Positions 47,354-57,762 of a DNA stretch of 64,000 bases are shown one piece after another. The DNA is from an uncultured Candidatus Saccharibacteria bacterium (lineage in GTDB: Bacteria; Patescibacteriota; Dojkabacteria; SC72), in assembly GCA_964405015.1 (NCBI GenBank), contig CAYOME010000002.1:68174-132173 (forward strand). Direction: 5' to 3'. The notes under the pieces were generated by a model. It did no database searches, was not told the DNA's origin, and was given only the letters and a program-made list of their open reading frames with translations. The position numbers and the translations under genes are program-made. Within the stretch, counting starts at the first letter, position 1. Each line of letters opens with the position of its first letter.

Positions 47354-48430
47354 CTACTCACTCCTTGATAACTGACCAATCTCGTTCGATAGTGAGGGGT
47401 TATTTTTTGAAAATATTAGTAGTAATTCTTTAATATCTTTGTGTAAAGTGAAGAAAGTTGCGAACCTTTCTTGAAGATCTTTAGAGGTTCTAATTTTTTC
47501 TATATTTTTGCTGATCCAGAAATAAAGTTCAGAAATAAGGATTTTTTCAACATCATTATCACCAACGGATAGGTTTTTATTATCTGGCCAGTTATAAATC
47601 TCATCTATATTGTCCAAGACCTCTTCTATAGAATATTGGGAATTATGGTCATTATTTATTTGTATCATTTTCCAGAGAGGTCCTATATCGAAGTATTCGG
47701 CACTCTCCATATTTCCAGAAAAAGTATTTGCATGAATTGTTCCAGTAGGTATTCCTAGTTGAAGTCTTAAATTATAAACACATTCATCTAGATTTTTATG
47801 ATGAGAATATCTGCCATTCTCCCTAGTTAATGGTGTGTAATTCATTTCTAATAGATGGGAAGATACAATATCTTGAAATTTTTGATGACTCTCTTTTCTG
47901 AGATCATTTAGTTCTGCCTCTGCTTTGTTTAATTCTTGAATATCACTAGGATTAGAAATAATTTCTTCAAGTGATTTTGCTTTATCTTCAATATCATTAA
48001 TCATTTTTAACCCTACATTCTTATATCTGCTATTTGCAAACCCCTCAGGTATTGTATCTCTCCAAAGAAGGATAGAATCTATAGGTATTTTAATATCTCC
48101 ATACCAAAAAGTATCTACATGGGCTAGATTTTGAGGTAAACCATTCAAGTCTACTGTTGATTCTCCTGGCATTATGATTATTAGTTCAGGATTTGACCAT
48201 TCTCCGACCATATGATCATTTACTAGATGATTTATTGCGGTATGATTCGTTATTCTGGGTATCTCCCCATTTGTAGATCTGGCTGCACTCATTAAAATAA
48301 TCTCACCGTTTTCGTTTACTGTAACGCTTCTTATATCTTTTATTGCTTTAACAAATGCTATTTGATCCAGAGAAATAGAAGGGTCTCCTTCTTGCCATGG
48401 TTTATTTGTTTTTTCTTCTTCTAAACTCAT
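47354..48430 (-). CDS. Hypothetical protein
   Basis: 358-aa ORF with no recognised motif. Confidence 0.7.
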   Translation of the reverse strand: MSLEEEKTNKPWQEGDPSISLDQIAFVKAIKDIRSVTVNENGEIILMSAARSTNGEIPRITNHTAINHLVNDHMVGEWSNPELIIIMPGESTVDLNGLPQNLAHVDTFWYGDIKIPIDSILLWRDTIPEGFANSRYKNVGLKMINDIEDKAKSLEEIISNPSDIQELNKAEAELNDLRKESHQKFQDIVSSHLLEMNYTPLTRENGRYSHHKNLDECVYNLRLQLGIPTGTIHANTFSGNMESAEYFDIGPLWKMIQINNDHNSQYSIEEVLDNIDEIYNWPDNKNLSVGDNDVEKILISELYFWISKNIEKIRTSKDLQERFATFFTLHKDIKELLLIFSKNNPSLSNEIGQLSRSE

Positions 48431-48441
48431 ATCTCTTTATA

Positions 48442-48849
48442 CTAATCTCTATTAAAATACTCTGTAACTATCTTTCTACCTGTGGGTGTGAGATTGTAAT
48501 TTGAAAGGTCATCTTCTCCCCTTATTTCAACATATCCTTGTCCTTCATATATTTCTAATCCTTCTCTTTCAACATTGTTTAAAAGGAATATTTTTAGGGT
48601 TGTTTCAGATCCATCATCTTCTTGTTTTAAGAAATCTTTAAAAAAGATCAATTCTTCAGGATTAGGCTTAAGGTTAGTTTCTTCCTGTAGTTCTCGTATT
48701 GCTCCTTCTAAAGGTGTTTCATTTTTATTCATAGCTCCTCCGAATGTTGTGATACCATTTCTATTCTTAATCCCCGGTTTATTATCTCTTTGTTGTAAGA
48801 GTATGGAGTTCTCTTTTGTAACTAGTATTACACCTGAGTAATAGTTCAT
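48442..48849 (-). CDS. NUDIX hydrolase
   Basis: FGGAMNKNETPLEGAIRELQEETNL Nudix box. Confidence 0.9.
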   Translation of the reverse strand: MNYYSGVILVTKENSILLQQRDNKPGIKNRNGITTFGGAMNKNETPLEGAIRELQEETNLKPNPEELIFFKDFLKQEDDGSETTLKIFLLNNVEREGLEIYEGQGYVEIRGEDDLSNYNLTPTGRKIVTEYFNRD

Positions 48850-49758
48850 TTAATGTAATTGGTTAAACAACTTATATACGGCATGATTTTTTATTTTATG
48901 AGGTCTATTTCTAGCAACCCAATGTAGTTTTCTCACTCCAAAGATTATTGCATCGAGTTTGACTCTTTCAAGATAGTTAGAAGGTAATTGGTATATATAG
49001 TTATATCCCTTTACTAAATGGGCAAAGGAATCGCTATTAAAAGTATAAAAATGTCCAAGATCATGATATTTATTACAACCTCTTATATCTCCGAAATCAA
49101 TTATTCCTGAATACTTATTATTGTTTGAATATATATGCTCAGTACAGAAGTCTCCATGAGAAAGAAAAGAGATATTATCCTCTTCTAGCAATTTTATATT
49201 TGCTTCTAAATATTTCTTAATACTAAGTTCAATTTGGGTATCAATGATTTGCAAGTTTTTTAATTCTTCAATTCTCGACTCAAAATCTTCAAGAGCAAAA
49301 TCTAAATATGATGAATGTCTTGCTTTAAGCTGTCCTTCTTCCTCATTCTCAATATCTCCAAATCCTCCTACTTGAATACTGTTTATTTTAGCTAAGTCTT
49401 CTCCAGCCATAACAAGGATATCCTTTGTTATGCTATTGTCAGAGATTTTTTCTATTGAGTTACCTAAAATCGCTTTTTCTATGTAATATGGCAAGCCAAT
49501 TATGTTTTCTGTATTTTCTTTTGAGAATATAATTTCAGGAATATGAATATTTTTATCTAGCATTAAAGTATTTGCTTTTAGGAGACACTTTAGAGTATTT
49601 GTGTCTTCTATAATCTTTAGGTACAGATTTTCATCTTTGTAAACTAGATTAAAAACATTTGTAGAAACACCTTTCTGTATTGGAATGATTGAGAAGTTTT
49701 TGTAATGAGTTGTGAAGATCTCATTTTGAATCTTTTCAATATTTATATTCAATTTCAT
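48850..49758 (-). CDS. Aminoglycoside phosphotransferase/kinase-like protein
   Basis: LYLKI, HGDFCTEHI and GIIDFGD motifs. Confidence 0.88.
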   Translation of the reverse strand: MKLNINIEKIQNEIFTTHYKNFSIIPIQKGVSTNVFNLVYKDENLYLKIIEDTNTLKCLLKANTLMLDKNIHIPEIIFSKENTENIIGLPYYIEKAILGNSIEKISDNSITKDILVMAGEDLAKINSIQVGGFGDIENEEEGQLKARHSSYLDFALEDFESRIEELKNLQIIDTQIELSIKKYLEANIKLLEEDNISFLSHGDFCTEHIYSNNNKYSGIIDFGDIRGCNKYHDLGHFYTFNSDSFAHLVKGYNYIYQLPSNYLERVKLDAIIFGVRKLHWVARNRPHKIKNHAVYKLFNQLH

Positions 49759-49933
49759 TGTAAATAATAGCATAAAAGTAATTCTCATATAGTGAAAGTG
49801 CAGTTAAATTACTTATTGAAAAAGTATGTAAGAAAAGAATTTAAATATCCTGTTAAAGGTTGAATAGCTTCTATTAATGTCCAAAAATAGAAATTCATGA
49901 TACGATAATTAATAACTTTGAAGATTTTTTTAT

Positions 49934-50710
49934 ATGGATAGCAATACAGAGCAAACTAACGTAAATCCAATTGTACCAAACGATGTACAACAATCCCTTA
50001 CTCATATAGAAACTAAAAAGAAGAGTTGGTTAGGTTTATATATCTCAGTATTTATCCTTTTCTTTTTGATAGGACTATTTACGTACTTACTTACGTTCCA
50101 CAAAGATGAAATACCATTCTTGAATAAAGATACCGAGATAGAAGAAAGGAATGATGATCAAGAAGTAGTTACAAACGACGAAGATATAACAGAGGAGAAA
50201 AAGGAAGAAGAAGAGGAGGAGGAAGTTGTAATAGTAGAACAGAAGGAATATATAAATGATAATTTTGGGGTACGATTATCATATCCAAAAGATTGGGTGA
50301 TTATAGAAGAAACTGAAGAGGGAGATATGGCACTTACTGTTAGAATTGGTAAGAGTAAAGATGCAACTACCAATATCTTCCTTTATCAGGTAATGCCGAC
50401 AAGTATAGATAAATGCGTATATTCTGAATCAGCATTAACAGTAACAGAAGGTCAATCATTAGAGGTATACTATGATAACTATGTATCTATAGGATCTGAT
50501 GATCAGTACCGAAGAAGTTTTGCTAAATATGGTGAAGTCGATTCCTACTTGGTTTGTAGAAAAACAGATGAAGAGTATACATTTAAAAGGGGGGGGCCAG
50601 AATTTATTACATATCACAACGTAGATGAAAATGATGTTGGAGCTTTAGCTATCCTAGATGATATATTACTTTCTTATGAATACTTTGGAGATGTGAGTAG
50701 TAAATGGTAG
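49934..50710 (+). CDS. Single-pass membrane protein, PsbP-like ectodomain
   Basis: TM, poly-Glu linker, YINDNFGVRLSYPKDW...LDDILLSYEY. Confidence 0.7.
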   Translation: MDSNTEQTNVNPIVPNDVQQSLTHIETKKKSWLGLYISVFILFFLIGLFTYLLTFHKDEIPFLNKDTEIEERNDDQEVVTNDEDITEEKKEEEEEEEVVIVEQKEYINDNFGVRLSYPKDWVIIEETEEGDMALTVRIGKSKDATTNIFLYQVMPTSIDKCVYSESALTVTEGQSLEVYYDNYVSIGSDDQYRRSFAKYGEVDSYLVCRKTDEEYTFKRGGPEFITYHNVDENDVGALAILDDILLSYEYFGDVSSKW

Positions 50711-51555
50711 AGAAGAAACTAGCAATTATTGCTTCTGGTGGAGGTATGAAATGTAGTTATACAGCAGGTGTAGTAATTGCTCTTGCAAAAGAACTGAATA
50801 TTACCGATCCAGATATAGTTATTGCAGGATCTGGTAGTAGTGGTACTATGGCATACTATCTTGGTCGTCAATATGATTCTGTTACTAATGCATGGACTAA
50901 TCTCCTTTCAACTAAAACCTTTATTAATCCCTTACGTTTGAAAAAGATAATAGATATTGATTTCTTGGTAGATCAGGTATTTAAAGTAATAGATCCTTTG
51001 TTTGTAGATAAAGTAAAGGAATCTAAAAGTCAATTCTATATATCTACAACAGACTATGAGAACGGTAGTTTAAAATATTTCTCTAAGGATGATAACGAGG
51101 ATATCTTTGAAATGATAAGGGCATCTAAAGCTATGCCTGTTGTATACAACAAAAAGGTAAATATAGGGGAACATTCATATTGTGATAGTTTTATGTCTTC
51201 TTCTCCATATACTCATATTAAAAAGGCTATAGAATTAGGAGCTACACATATTATTGTAATTGATTGTAATGGTGGTAGAAAAAGTAAATTGCAAAGATTT
51301 GTATTTGGTATATGGGCACTCTTAAGAGGTAATACCTTTAGATCTAGCTATTATGCCAATGAGAAAGAATGTATAAATACAAGTTATGGTAGTGGTATTA
51401 ATATGGTTAACATTCATCCAAGAAAGAAATTGAAACTGGGTACATTAGAAAACAGTAAGAAAGAGTTATTCAAGACCTTTTATATGGGATACAATGATTG
51501 TAAAGAAGATACGAATCTTAGATCTCTGTTGAGTGATTATTTAGTTTCAAAGTAA
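50704..51555 (+). CDS. Patatin-like phospholipase (atypical motifs)
   Basis: SGGGMKCSYTAGV, AGSGSSG, RASKAMP and YCDS. Confidence 0.8.
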   Translation: MVEKKLAIIASGGGMKCSYTAGVVIALAKELNITDPDIVIAGSGSSGTMAYYLGRQYDSVTNAWTNLLSTKTFINPLRLKKIIDIDFLVDQVFKVIDPLFVDKVKESKSQFYISTTDYENGSLKYFSKDDNEDIFEMIRASKAMPVVYNKKVNIGEHSYCDSFMSSSPYTHIKKAIELGATHIIVIDCNGGRKSKLQRFVFGIWALLRGNTFRSSYYANEKECINTSYGSGINMVNIHPRKKLKLGTLENSKKELFKTFYMGYNDCKEDTNLRSLLSDYLVSK

Positions 51556-51598
51556 ACAGTAATTGACAATCAAGAAGATATAAAACTATACTAAAGTT

Positions 51599-52135
51599 AT
51601 GAAAAAGAAAGCCAATATTTCAAAGAAAAAATTGTTAATGGGTGTTGTTATAACTATTTTTTTAGTTATTTTCTCTGCATATTTATATGTAATAAATAAA
51701 CCTAGTTGTGATGATAGATCATATGATGATGGATGGGAATGTAGGTACCCTGAGTATCTTCCTTTTATGCCAATAAGTAAAGATATTCAATACAAGATAA
51801 AATGTACAAAAGAAGGTGGAGAGTATAAGAGTATGGTTGTTACAGATTTCCTTTATTCTGGAAGTCCATATAAACCTGAAAATGGTCCACTTTTTTATTG
51901 TATGATTGATTACTCAGATTACGGTAAATCATGTAGTTCTAGTGAAGAATGTAAAGGTGGTTGTGAATATCTTGGAGAGGTTCCTTCTACTTGTAATAGC
52001 CAGGATGGTAAGTTATATACTTGTACTGAAAATGTTGTAGGTACATGTACTAAGGGTCGTGAGGATGGCCATAATGGTAGAAAGATAGTAGATGGTAATA
52101 CTATTCTTCAAACAGAGTTAGGGATAATTAATTAG
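51599..52135 (+). CDS. Membrane-anchored Cys-rich hypothetical protein
   Basis: N-terminal TM and DYGKSCSSSEECKGGC. Preceded by TTGACA-18-TATACT. Confidence 0.7.
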   Translation: MKKKANISKKKLLMGVVITIFLVIFSAYLYVINKPSCDDRSYDDGWECRYPEYLPFMPISKDIQYKIKCTKEGGEYKSMVVTDFLYSGSPYKPENGPLFYCMIDYSDYGKSCSSSEECKGGCEYLGEVPSTCNSQDGKLYTCTENVVGTCTKGREDGHNGRKIVDGNTILQTELGIIN

Positions 52136-52217
52136 ATTTAAATATGTCTCAAACTATTGATAAATTAGTGTGGATAGATCTTTTGCTTTCCTAACAGAGA
52201 AAATAATTCAATTCGGT

Positions 52218-52508
52218 TTATTCCTTTTTCCTCCTCAGTGCGTATTTATTAAACAGGTATATAGCTATACCTGGTATTATTAATGCTTTGATAACCATAA
52301 TTGCAATACTGATAAAGGTTGCACTAAAAATTTCTGAATCAATTCTTTGACCAAACATAAAGTAACAGAAGCAATCGCACAAGAGACCTTCTGGGCAGGA
52401 TGGACAAGCACAAAGGGTTGCTGTAGGTTCTGGGACTATTAAAAAAAGGATAAACCATATTAATATAGAGATTAATACCTTAAGAGATATCCTAGCTATG
52501 TTTTTCAT
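52218..52508 (-). CDS. Small 2-TM protein with Cys-rich loop
   Basis: CACPSCPEGLLCDCFC lies between two hydrophobic segments. Confidence 0.6.
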   Translation of the reverse strand: MKNIARISLKVLISILIWFILFLIVPEPTATLCACPSCPEGLLCDCFCYFMFGQRIDSEIFSATFISIAIMVIKALIIPGIAIYLFNKYALRRKKE

Positions 52509-52935
52509 ACTTACCTTTCTTAATATTAAGTAATTCAGTATCCCAATTTAATACTGTAATAGTTGTTTGTAATACTCCTGCAAAAGATACCCAAAGTAAA
52601 TATGGAATTTGCATATATGCTACCCATGGATAGTAGGGGAATATAGCAACCATGATCCATATTAGTGTAATTAGTAGTAGTAATATATCGATAGCTGCTA
52701 ATAGGTTACTTTTGAGTACCCATTGTATTGGTGAAAAGAGAATATTAAAAATGATATTTAGTACAAATGGTAATACTAAAATAGTATCTAGTTCTCCCTT
52801 ATATACTTTGAAAAATCCATATCCAAAGGATATAAATATTAAGATGTAAAGAAAAGACCATACTGGTCCAAATAGTGAAGATGGTGGTGCCCATGATGGT
52901 TTAATAGTTTTTGAATACCATTTTTTTGAATCCAT
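52492..52935 (-). CDS. TspO/MBR family protein
   Basis: WYSKTIKPSWAPPSSLFGPVWSFLY and PYLLWVSFA motifs. Confidence 0.92.
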   Translation of the reverse strand: MDSKKWYSKTIKPSWAPPSSLFGPVWSFLYILIFISFGYGFFKVYKGELDTILVLPFVLNIIFNILFSPIQWVLKSNLLAAIDILLLLITLIWIMVAIFPYYPWVAYMQIPYLLWVSFAGVLQTTITVLNWDTELLNIKKGKYEKHS

Positions 52936-52941
52936 TGCTTC

Positions 52942-53853
52942 CTAAAATATTTTGTTAAATACCGTAGTAAATATAATAATCGTTAATATGAAAAGAACAA
53001 TAATAGCTAATATGATGGTATTTCGGAGATACTCTTTTGACATTTTTGAAATATACCCATAGAAATTATTACGATAGTCTTTTTCAATAGCAAAAATACA
53101 ACCGGAGAATTTTAAAGGAAGTAACTCTTTGTTCTTACTCCATTTGCCTACAACCCAACCATATATACCGTAGGGAATATACCTTTCATTGTAAGTATTA
53201 TTCAGAAATAGTTCTTGAGAGAAGTTAACTACCTTATTATGTGTAGAAAAGGAATTGAGTTTATTAAAACTTTGTAAAAGATATTCCGATGAAATATCAC
53301 TTGCTTGTAAAGAATTGCTCTTTTCTTGAAGGATGTAATTGTAGAAATGTGATAAATTATGTGTCTTGGGATTGTACGTATTCTCTGGGAAGTAAGTAAT
53401 CGATAGTAATCCATTCATAGGTATCGATTCCCCTGACGGATTTATTGTTGCTGGTATTTGTTGGGCACCTCCCGCTACTAGATTATTTCCGTATGTATAA
53501 GCGACGGTTCTCTGTTTTGTTATTGGTGAATATACGAAATTGTTTTTATCTTGTGCCTCAATGGTACCTTCCAAACAAACAATCTCGTTATTCTTAAAGA
53601 ATTGAACTCTATTTCTGGCATTTAAATATGCTTTCTTAGTTTTAGAAATTTCAAATATTGCGAATATATTTTCTTTTAGAATGTAGAGGATTGTAGAGAG
53701 TATGAAGTTACCTATTAATATCATAAATACCGTAGAAAAGATTTGCATATTAAACGGATCTTTACTGTTTTCTAATGAAAGATACACTAGTAACGCTGTG
53801 GATAGTACGTAATAGATAAAAAAAAGTGTCTTGTTTCTTATTAAATCAATCAT
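52942..53853 (-). CDS. Hypothetical membrane protein
   Basis: Start moved to ATG 53853 to avoid antisense overlap. Two N-terminal TM and one C-terminal TM. Confidence 0.65.
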   Translation of the reverse strand: MIDLIRNKTLFFIYYVLSTALLVYLSLENSKDPFNMQIFSTVFMILIGNFILSTILYILKENIFAIFEISKTKKAYLNARNRVQFFKNNEIVCLEGTIEAQDKNNFVYSPITKQRTVAYTYGNNLVAGGAQQIPATINPSGESIPMNGLLSITYFPENTYNPKTHNLSHFYNYILQEKSNSLQASDISSEYLLQSFNKLNSFSTHNKVVNFSQELFLNNTYNERYIPYGIYGWVVGKWSKNKELLPLKFSGCIFAIEKDYRNNFYGYISKMSKEYLRNTIILAIIVLFILTIIIFTTVFNKIF

Positions 53854-53935
53854 AATCAATTCTAGAATATCTATATGGTTATAACAAGAATAATCTCTGA
53901 TATAATACATAGTAACTAAAATTGTATTAATAAAT

Positions 53936-54772
53936 ATGAACAAAACCCTCAAATACATTATATTCTTTTTAATATTTGTATTAATTGGTGTTGGGGTATT
54001 TCTCATAGTTAAGAATATGGGTAATGATGATAAGAAGGAGAATGGTGATGATGTTAATACCGTAGTATCTGATGATTCCAAATTAGAATACCTTTTAGAA
54101 GGATATCCTATTGATGAGGTACCTTTGTATAAGTTGACAGAGGTTAGTTCTAGTAAATATATAATTAACTTTGATCCTAAGAATACCTCGTATTTTGATC
54201 ATACTAATTTTGCATATTACAATGTAGTTTTGTATACACAAGCATCACAATCTGAATTCTTAGAATATTACAAAAATCTTTTCGACGAAGAGATAGTAGA
54301 TGAATATCCTATGCCTGATATGGTGAAAGGAACTATTGGTAAGTATAGGGTAACTGCTGCTCACTATGATTCATATGATACCGGATATATTCAGGTATAT
54401 CTTCCTAATAGTGAATTTACTAAAGAAAATAAATATTTTGATAAATATCCAGATTTGTTTGAGATGGATAATATGTTTGTAGAACACGAGAATTCATATG
54501 GTTTACTTAATCAAGTAGGGGGCCAAACAGAATATACAAAATATTTTACTGTACTTAATAGCGGGGATCAGAATAATGATGGTTTAGATGATGTGGATGA
54601 ATTTGGAGTATTAATATCTAAATATCAAGATCTTTATAATGGTAAAGATGAATATACGTATGATACAAATACTGGATATATGAAATGGAAAGAGGATGGA
54701 TATTCTGTTACTGTAAGTTTCTCAAGAGATCATGGAAGGATATATCTTAATATGAGGGGTAGTATTATTTAA
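53936..54772 (+). CDS. Membrane-anchored hypothetical protein
   Basis: N-terminal TM, acidic linker, LEGYPIDEVPLY. Confidence 0.75.
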   Translation: MNKTLKYIIFFLIFVLIGVGVFLIVKNMGNDDKKENGDDVNTVVSDDSKLEYLLEGYPIDEVPLYKLTEVSSSKYIINFDPKNTSYFDHTNFAYYNVVLYTQASQSEFLEYYKNLFDEEIVDEYPMPDMVKGTIGKYRVTAAHYDSYDTGYIQVYLPNSEFTKENKYFDKYPDLFEMDNMFVEHENSYGLLNQVGGQTEYTKYFTVLNSGDQNNDGLDDVDEFGVLISKYQDLYNGKDEYTYDTNTGYMKWKEDGYSVTVSFSRDHGRIYLNMRGSII

Positions 54773-54938
54773 GATATTCCTTTATCTTGTTGTATTGACC
54801 CTTGGTTAGAAATATTCTATGTATATTCTTGTCTTGGGTTTCTCCTGTAAGAGTAGCTGTATTGGATATTCCCCAATTCACTATCTTTAAAGTAGTTTTG
54901 TTTAGATCTATATAGTAATACTGTTTTTCTTTGTTCAT
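54765..54938 (-). CDS. Small (57 aa) hypothetical protein missed by the ORF track
   Basis: MNKEKQYYYIDLNKTTLKIVNWGISNTATLTGETQDKNIHRIFLTKGQYNKIKEYLK fills the gap 13 nt after the previous stop. Confidence 0.65.
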   Translation of the reverse strand: MNKEKQYYYIDLNKTTLKIVNWGISNTATLTGETQDKNIHRIFLTKGQYNKIKEYLK

Positions 54939-54951
54939 ATTATTAATATTC

Positions 54952-55206
54952 TTAAATATATGATTTCTTCCTATGAGGACATCCTGCCCAACAACAGGGT
55001 CTTCTTTTTCCTTCTAGTAGTTCATCACACAGTCTTTGAATTCTTTTAACTCTTGTTTCATCCTTTTTCGCTGATATTATCCAACATATGAATTCATTTT
55101 TTGCTAATGGTGTTAGATCTTCCCAAAGTAATTTAATATTTGGAGTAGAGTCTAATGCTAAAGAGAGATCTTTAGGAGTTTTATGAGGTAATTGATTATC
55201 AATCAT
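54952..55206 (-). CDS. YdeI/OmpD-associated family protein
   Basis: PKDL..WEDLTPLAKNEFICWIISAKKDETRVKRI..GKRRPCCWAGCPHR. Confidence 0.85.
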   Translation of the reverse strand: MIDNQLPHKTPKDLSLALDSTPNIKLLWEDLTPLAKNEFICWIISAKKDETRVKRIQRLCDELLEGKRRPCCWAGCPHRKKSYI

Positions 55207-55208
55207 TG

Positions 55209-55973
55209 TTATTTACAGATCTCATTTTCAGAGATCATATTAAACTTCTTTGTTTCGGTACTATACATAAATATGCCGAGTTGATCCTTATCACATACTC
55301 CTTTTATTATATTGTTTATATTCTCTGTTTCACTAGCATCTCCTCCTAAACCATATTCATGAGTTTTAAATATCAATGTAGATCTACTATCTTCTCCATA
55401 TACATTTAAGTTATCTATCTCTACAGGAGATTCGACACCCCACATTAGATTCATTGTTTCTTTAACAATATCTATTTCATAGAGATGGCCATATGAATAT
55501 ACAACAAAGGTATTATCTATTAAGTAATCAATCCTGTTATTGTATATCTCCCGCTTTGTACTCTCTATCTCTTCACTATCAAACTTCTCACTATTACTAT
55601 CTAATATGCTATACAATTTTGTCTTTAGGAATTGATTACAAGCTACATGTTTTTCAGTCCTATTACCAAACATTATTCCATATTGTAAATGATATCTAGA
55701 AGAATCTTTATTAACTGATTCTTGTATTTCAATATAGTTACATTCAACGATTTCTTCTGTTTCTTCAGGGGCATTTCCATCTTCATCACTCTTAATTATC
55801 TCTCCATCAGTATCATCAGATTTAGGATCATTTTGTACTATCTGGTTACAATCTTTGTTTAAATTTGAGAAATACAAATATCCGAATGTTGTAGAAACAG
55901 AGAGTAGGAGAAATATACATATGTATATTAATATCCACTTAGTTGATATATTTGTTTTTTCTTTTGTATCCAT
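55209..55973 (-). CDS. Single-pass membrane hypothetical protein
   Basis: N-terminal TM and acidic linker. Confidence 0.7.
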   Translation of the reverse strand: MDTKEKTNISTKWILIYICIFLLLSVSTTFGYLYFSNLNKDCNQIVQNDPKSDDTDGEIIKSDEDGNAPEETEEIVECNYIEIQESVNKDSSRYHLQYGIMFGNRTEKHVACNQFLKTKLYSILDSNSEKFDSEEIESTKREIYNNRIDYLIDNTFVVYSYGHLYEIDIVKETMNLMWGVESPVEIDNLNVYGEDSRSTLIFKTHEYGLGGDASETENINNIIKGVCDKDQLGIFMYSTETKKFNMISENEICK

Positions 55974-56008
55974 ATATTTATAGAAAGAAATTAATTTTAT
56001 TAAAGATA

Positions 56009-56542
56009 CTATTCTTCCTTAGTATCTTTTACTTTCTTCTTAGCTACAGACTTTTTAACAACAGGCTTCTTAAGAGTATCAAGTGTAATTATGATCTCAT
56101 CTAATTTTGCAATTATCAATTCTAATTGCTCATTCTGTTTGTTACTTCCGCCACTGTTATTACTTCTCTCATGTGTGTTACCTCTTTTCTCAAAACAGCT
56201 ACTACAGTAAATAGGTTTATCTGAGCTTGGGTTGAAAGGTACTTTACACTCTTTACCACAATCATCGCATATGGCAGAAAACATTTGTTTCTCTCCTCTA
56301 TCCCTATCTCTAGAATCGCCATAGCTTCTTCTACTGTTATCTCTTCTTTCATATCTATTTGAATTACCACTACCCTGTTTTTCAAAACAGTTACTACAAT
56401 ATATTGGTTTATCTCCTGATGGTCTGAATGGTACTTGGCAATCTTTACCACATTGGTCACATACCGCTGGATACATTTCAGTTCTTCTTCCAGAATCTCT
56501 TCCTCCTGATCTACTATTACTATTTCTATCAAATCTTCCCAT
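56009..56542 (-). CDS. Tandem CxxC-x17-CxxC zinc-ribbon protein
   Basis: Two copies of AxCDxCGKxCxVPFxPSxDKPIYCSxCF separated by Arg/Asp/Gly-rich linkers. Confidence 0.9.
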   Translation of the reverse strand: MGRFDRNSNSRSGGRDSGRRTEMYPAVCDQCGKDCQVPFRPSGDKPIYCSNCFEKQGSGNSNRYERRDNSRRSYGDSRDRDRGEKQMFSAICDDCGKECKVPFNPSSDKPIYCSSCFEKRGNTHERSNNSGGSNKQNEQLELIIAKLDEIIITLDTLKKPVVKKSVAKKKVKDTKEE

Positions 56543-56761
56543 TTTTTATTAACTAATATTAATACTGCTATTCACTCTATATTATTTAGGTAGAGATAAC
56601 AAGGAAATAGGATGGTTATTGTAGTAGGTGGTGGTATCTTGTTGGAACATACCCAATTAATGATAGGATAATTAAAAGTAGATTTCGTAATCAGATTATT
56701 ACAAAGAATTTCTTTAATAAATATTACATACGTTTTTATGTATTTGTTATAATCACACATT

Positions 56762-57673
56762 ATGAAATCAAAGTTATCAGGTTATCTGTTTGTATTCCTA
56801 TCTGTATTTATTTACGGACTTTATGGAATATATACAAGACATATTGCAGGAACATTTGGAGCTTTTAATATTCAGTTTTTCAGAGAAGGATTAACAGCTT
56901 TGATAATTCTTGTATTAACACTCTTGGGATTATCAAAATGGGGAAAGATACAAATAGAAGATATAAAATATCTAATTCTTCTTGGAGTTGTATCAACAAT
57001 TAGCAATGTCTGTATGTATTATGTTTATCAACTACTTCCATTAGGAATAGCATCATTTACTACCTATGCTTCAATAATTGTAATTAGTTTGATAATGGGA
57101 ATTATTATCTTTAAAGAGAAACTAAACTTGATAAATAGCATTTCTTTGATATTGGCAGTACTTGGATTACTCATTATGTTTCAGATACAAACTGGTGATT
57201 TGAATATTTGGGGTATAGTTGCAGGATTGGGATTTGGTTTTCTAATTTCTTCATTTGCAACTTTAACTAAGAAGCTAAAAGGGGACTATGGCCCATTGCA
57301 AGTGTATATGATTGCAGCAACAATAACATCTATTTCTTCACTTTTTATCTCACTGTTATTCAAAGAAAAGTTCCCAGTTATGGAATTTAGTTCGGTTTGG
57401 ATTTGGGTTGTAGTATTTGCTATCTCTGCTGCTCTTGCTAATGGTTTGTATATTTTAGGATTACAACAGAAGATTGAAATATCAATTGCCAGTATTATTA
57501 TGCCAATGGAGAGTGTAACTGCAGCTGTAACGGGATTAATATTTTTTCAGGAGAAAATGGGAGTAAGAAGTATATTAGGAGCAGTAATCATTCTTATTGC
57601 ATCAATAATTCCGCAGGTAGTTGAATTGATAAAAGAAAAGAGACTAAAAAATAGTATGAAGATGTCTGAATAA
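56762..57673 (+). CDS. DMT/EamA family transporter
   Basis: About 10 TM in two repeats, with FKEK and FFQEK motifs. Confidence 0.88.
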   Translation: MKSKLSGYLFVFLSVFIYGLYGIYTRHIAGTFGAFNIQFFREGLTALIILVLTLLGLSKWGKIQIEDIKYLILLGVVSTISNVCMYYVYQLLPLGIASFTTYASIIVISLIMGIIIFKEKLNLINSISLILAVLGLLIMFQIQTGDLNIWGIVAGLGFGFLISSFATLTKKLKGDYGPLQVYMIAATITSISSLFISLLFKEKFPVMEFSSVWIWVVVFAISAALANGLYILGLQQKIEISIASIIMPMESVTAAVTGLIFFQEKMGVRSILGAVIILIASIIPQVVELIKEKRLKNSMKMSE

Positions 57674-57762
57674 GAACTTATTCTCATCTTCAGCTTCGAC
57701 TAGTAGATATTTATGTTTTTCATCTATGAAATTACTTCTAGAGATATTGTGATCTTCTACTA

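Noticed and set aside
53854-54081. Long antisense overlap of ORFs 52942-54081 and 53936-54772
   Set aside because: The overlap disappears with the downstream ATG at 53853, giving an ordinary divergent pair.
56543-56760. Possible cis-regulatory RNA upstream of the CxxC-x17-CxxC gene
   Set aside because: The intergenic region is long, but I could not identify a convincing structure or known motif.
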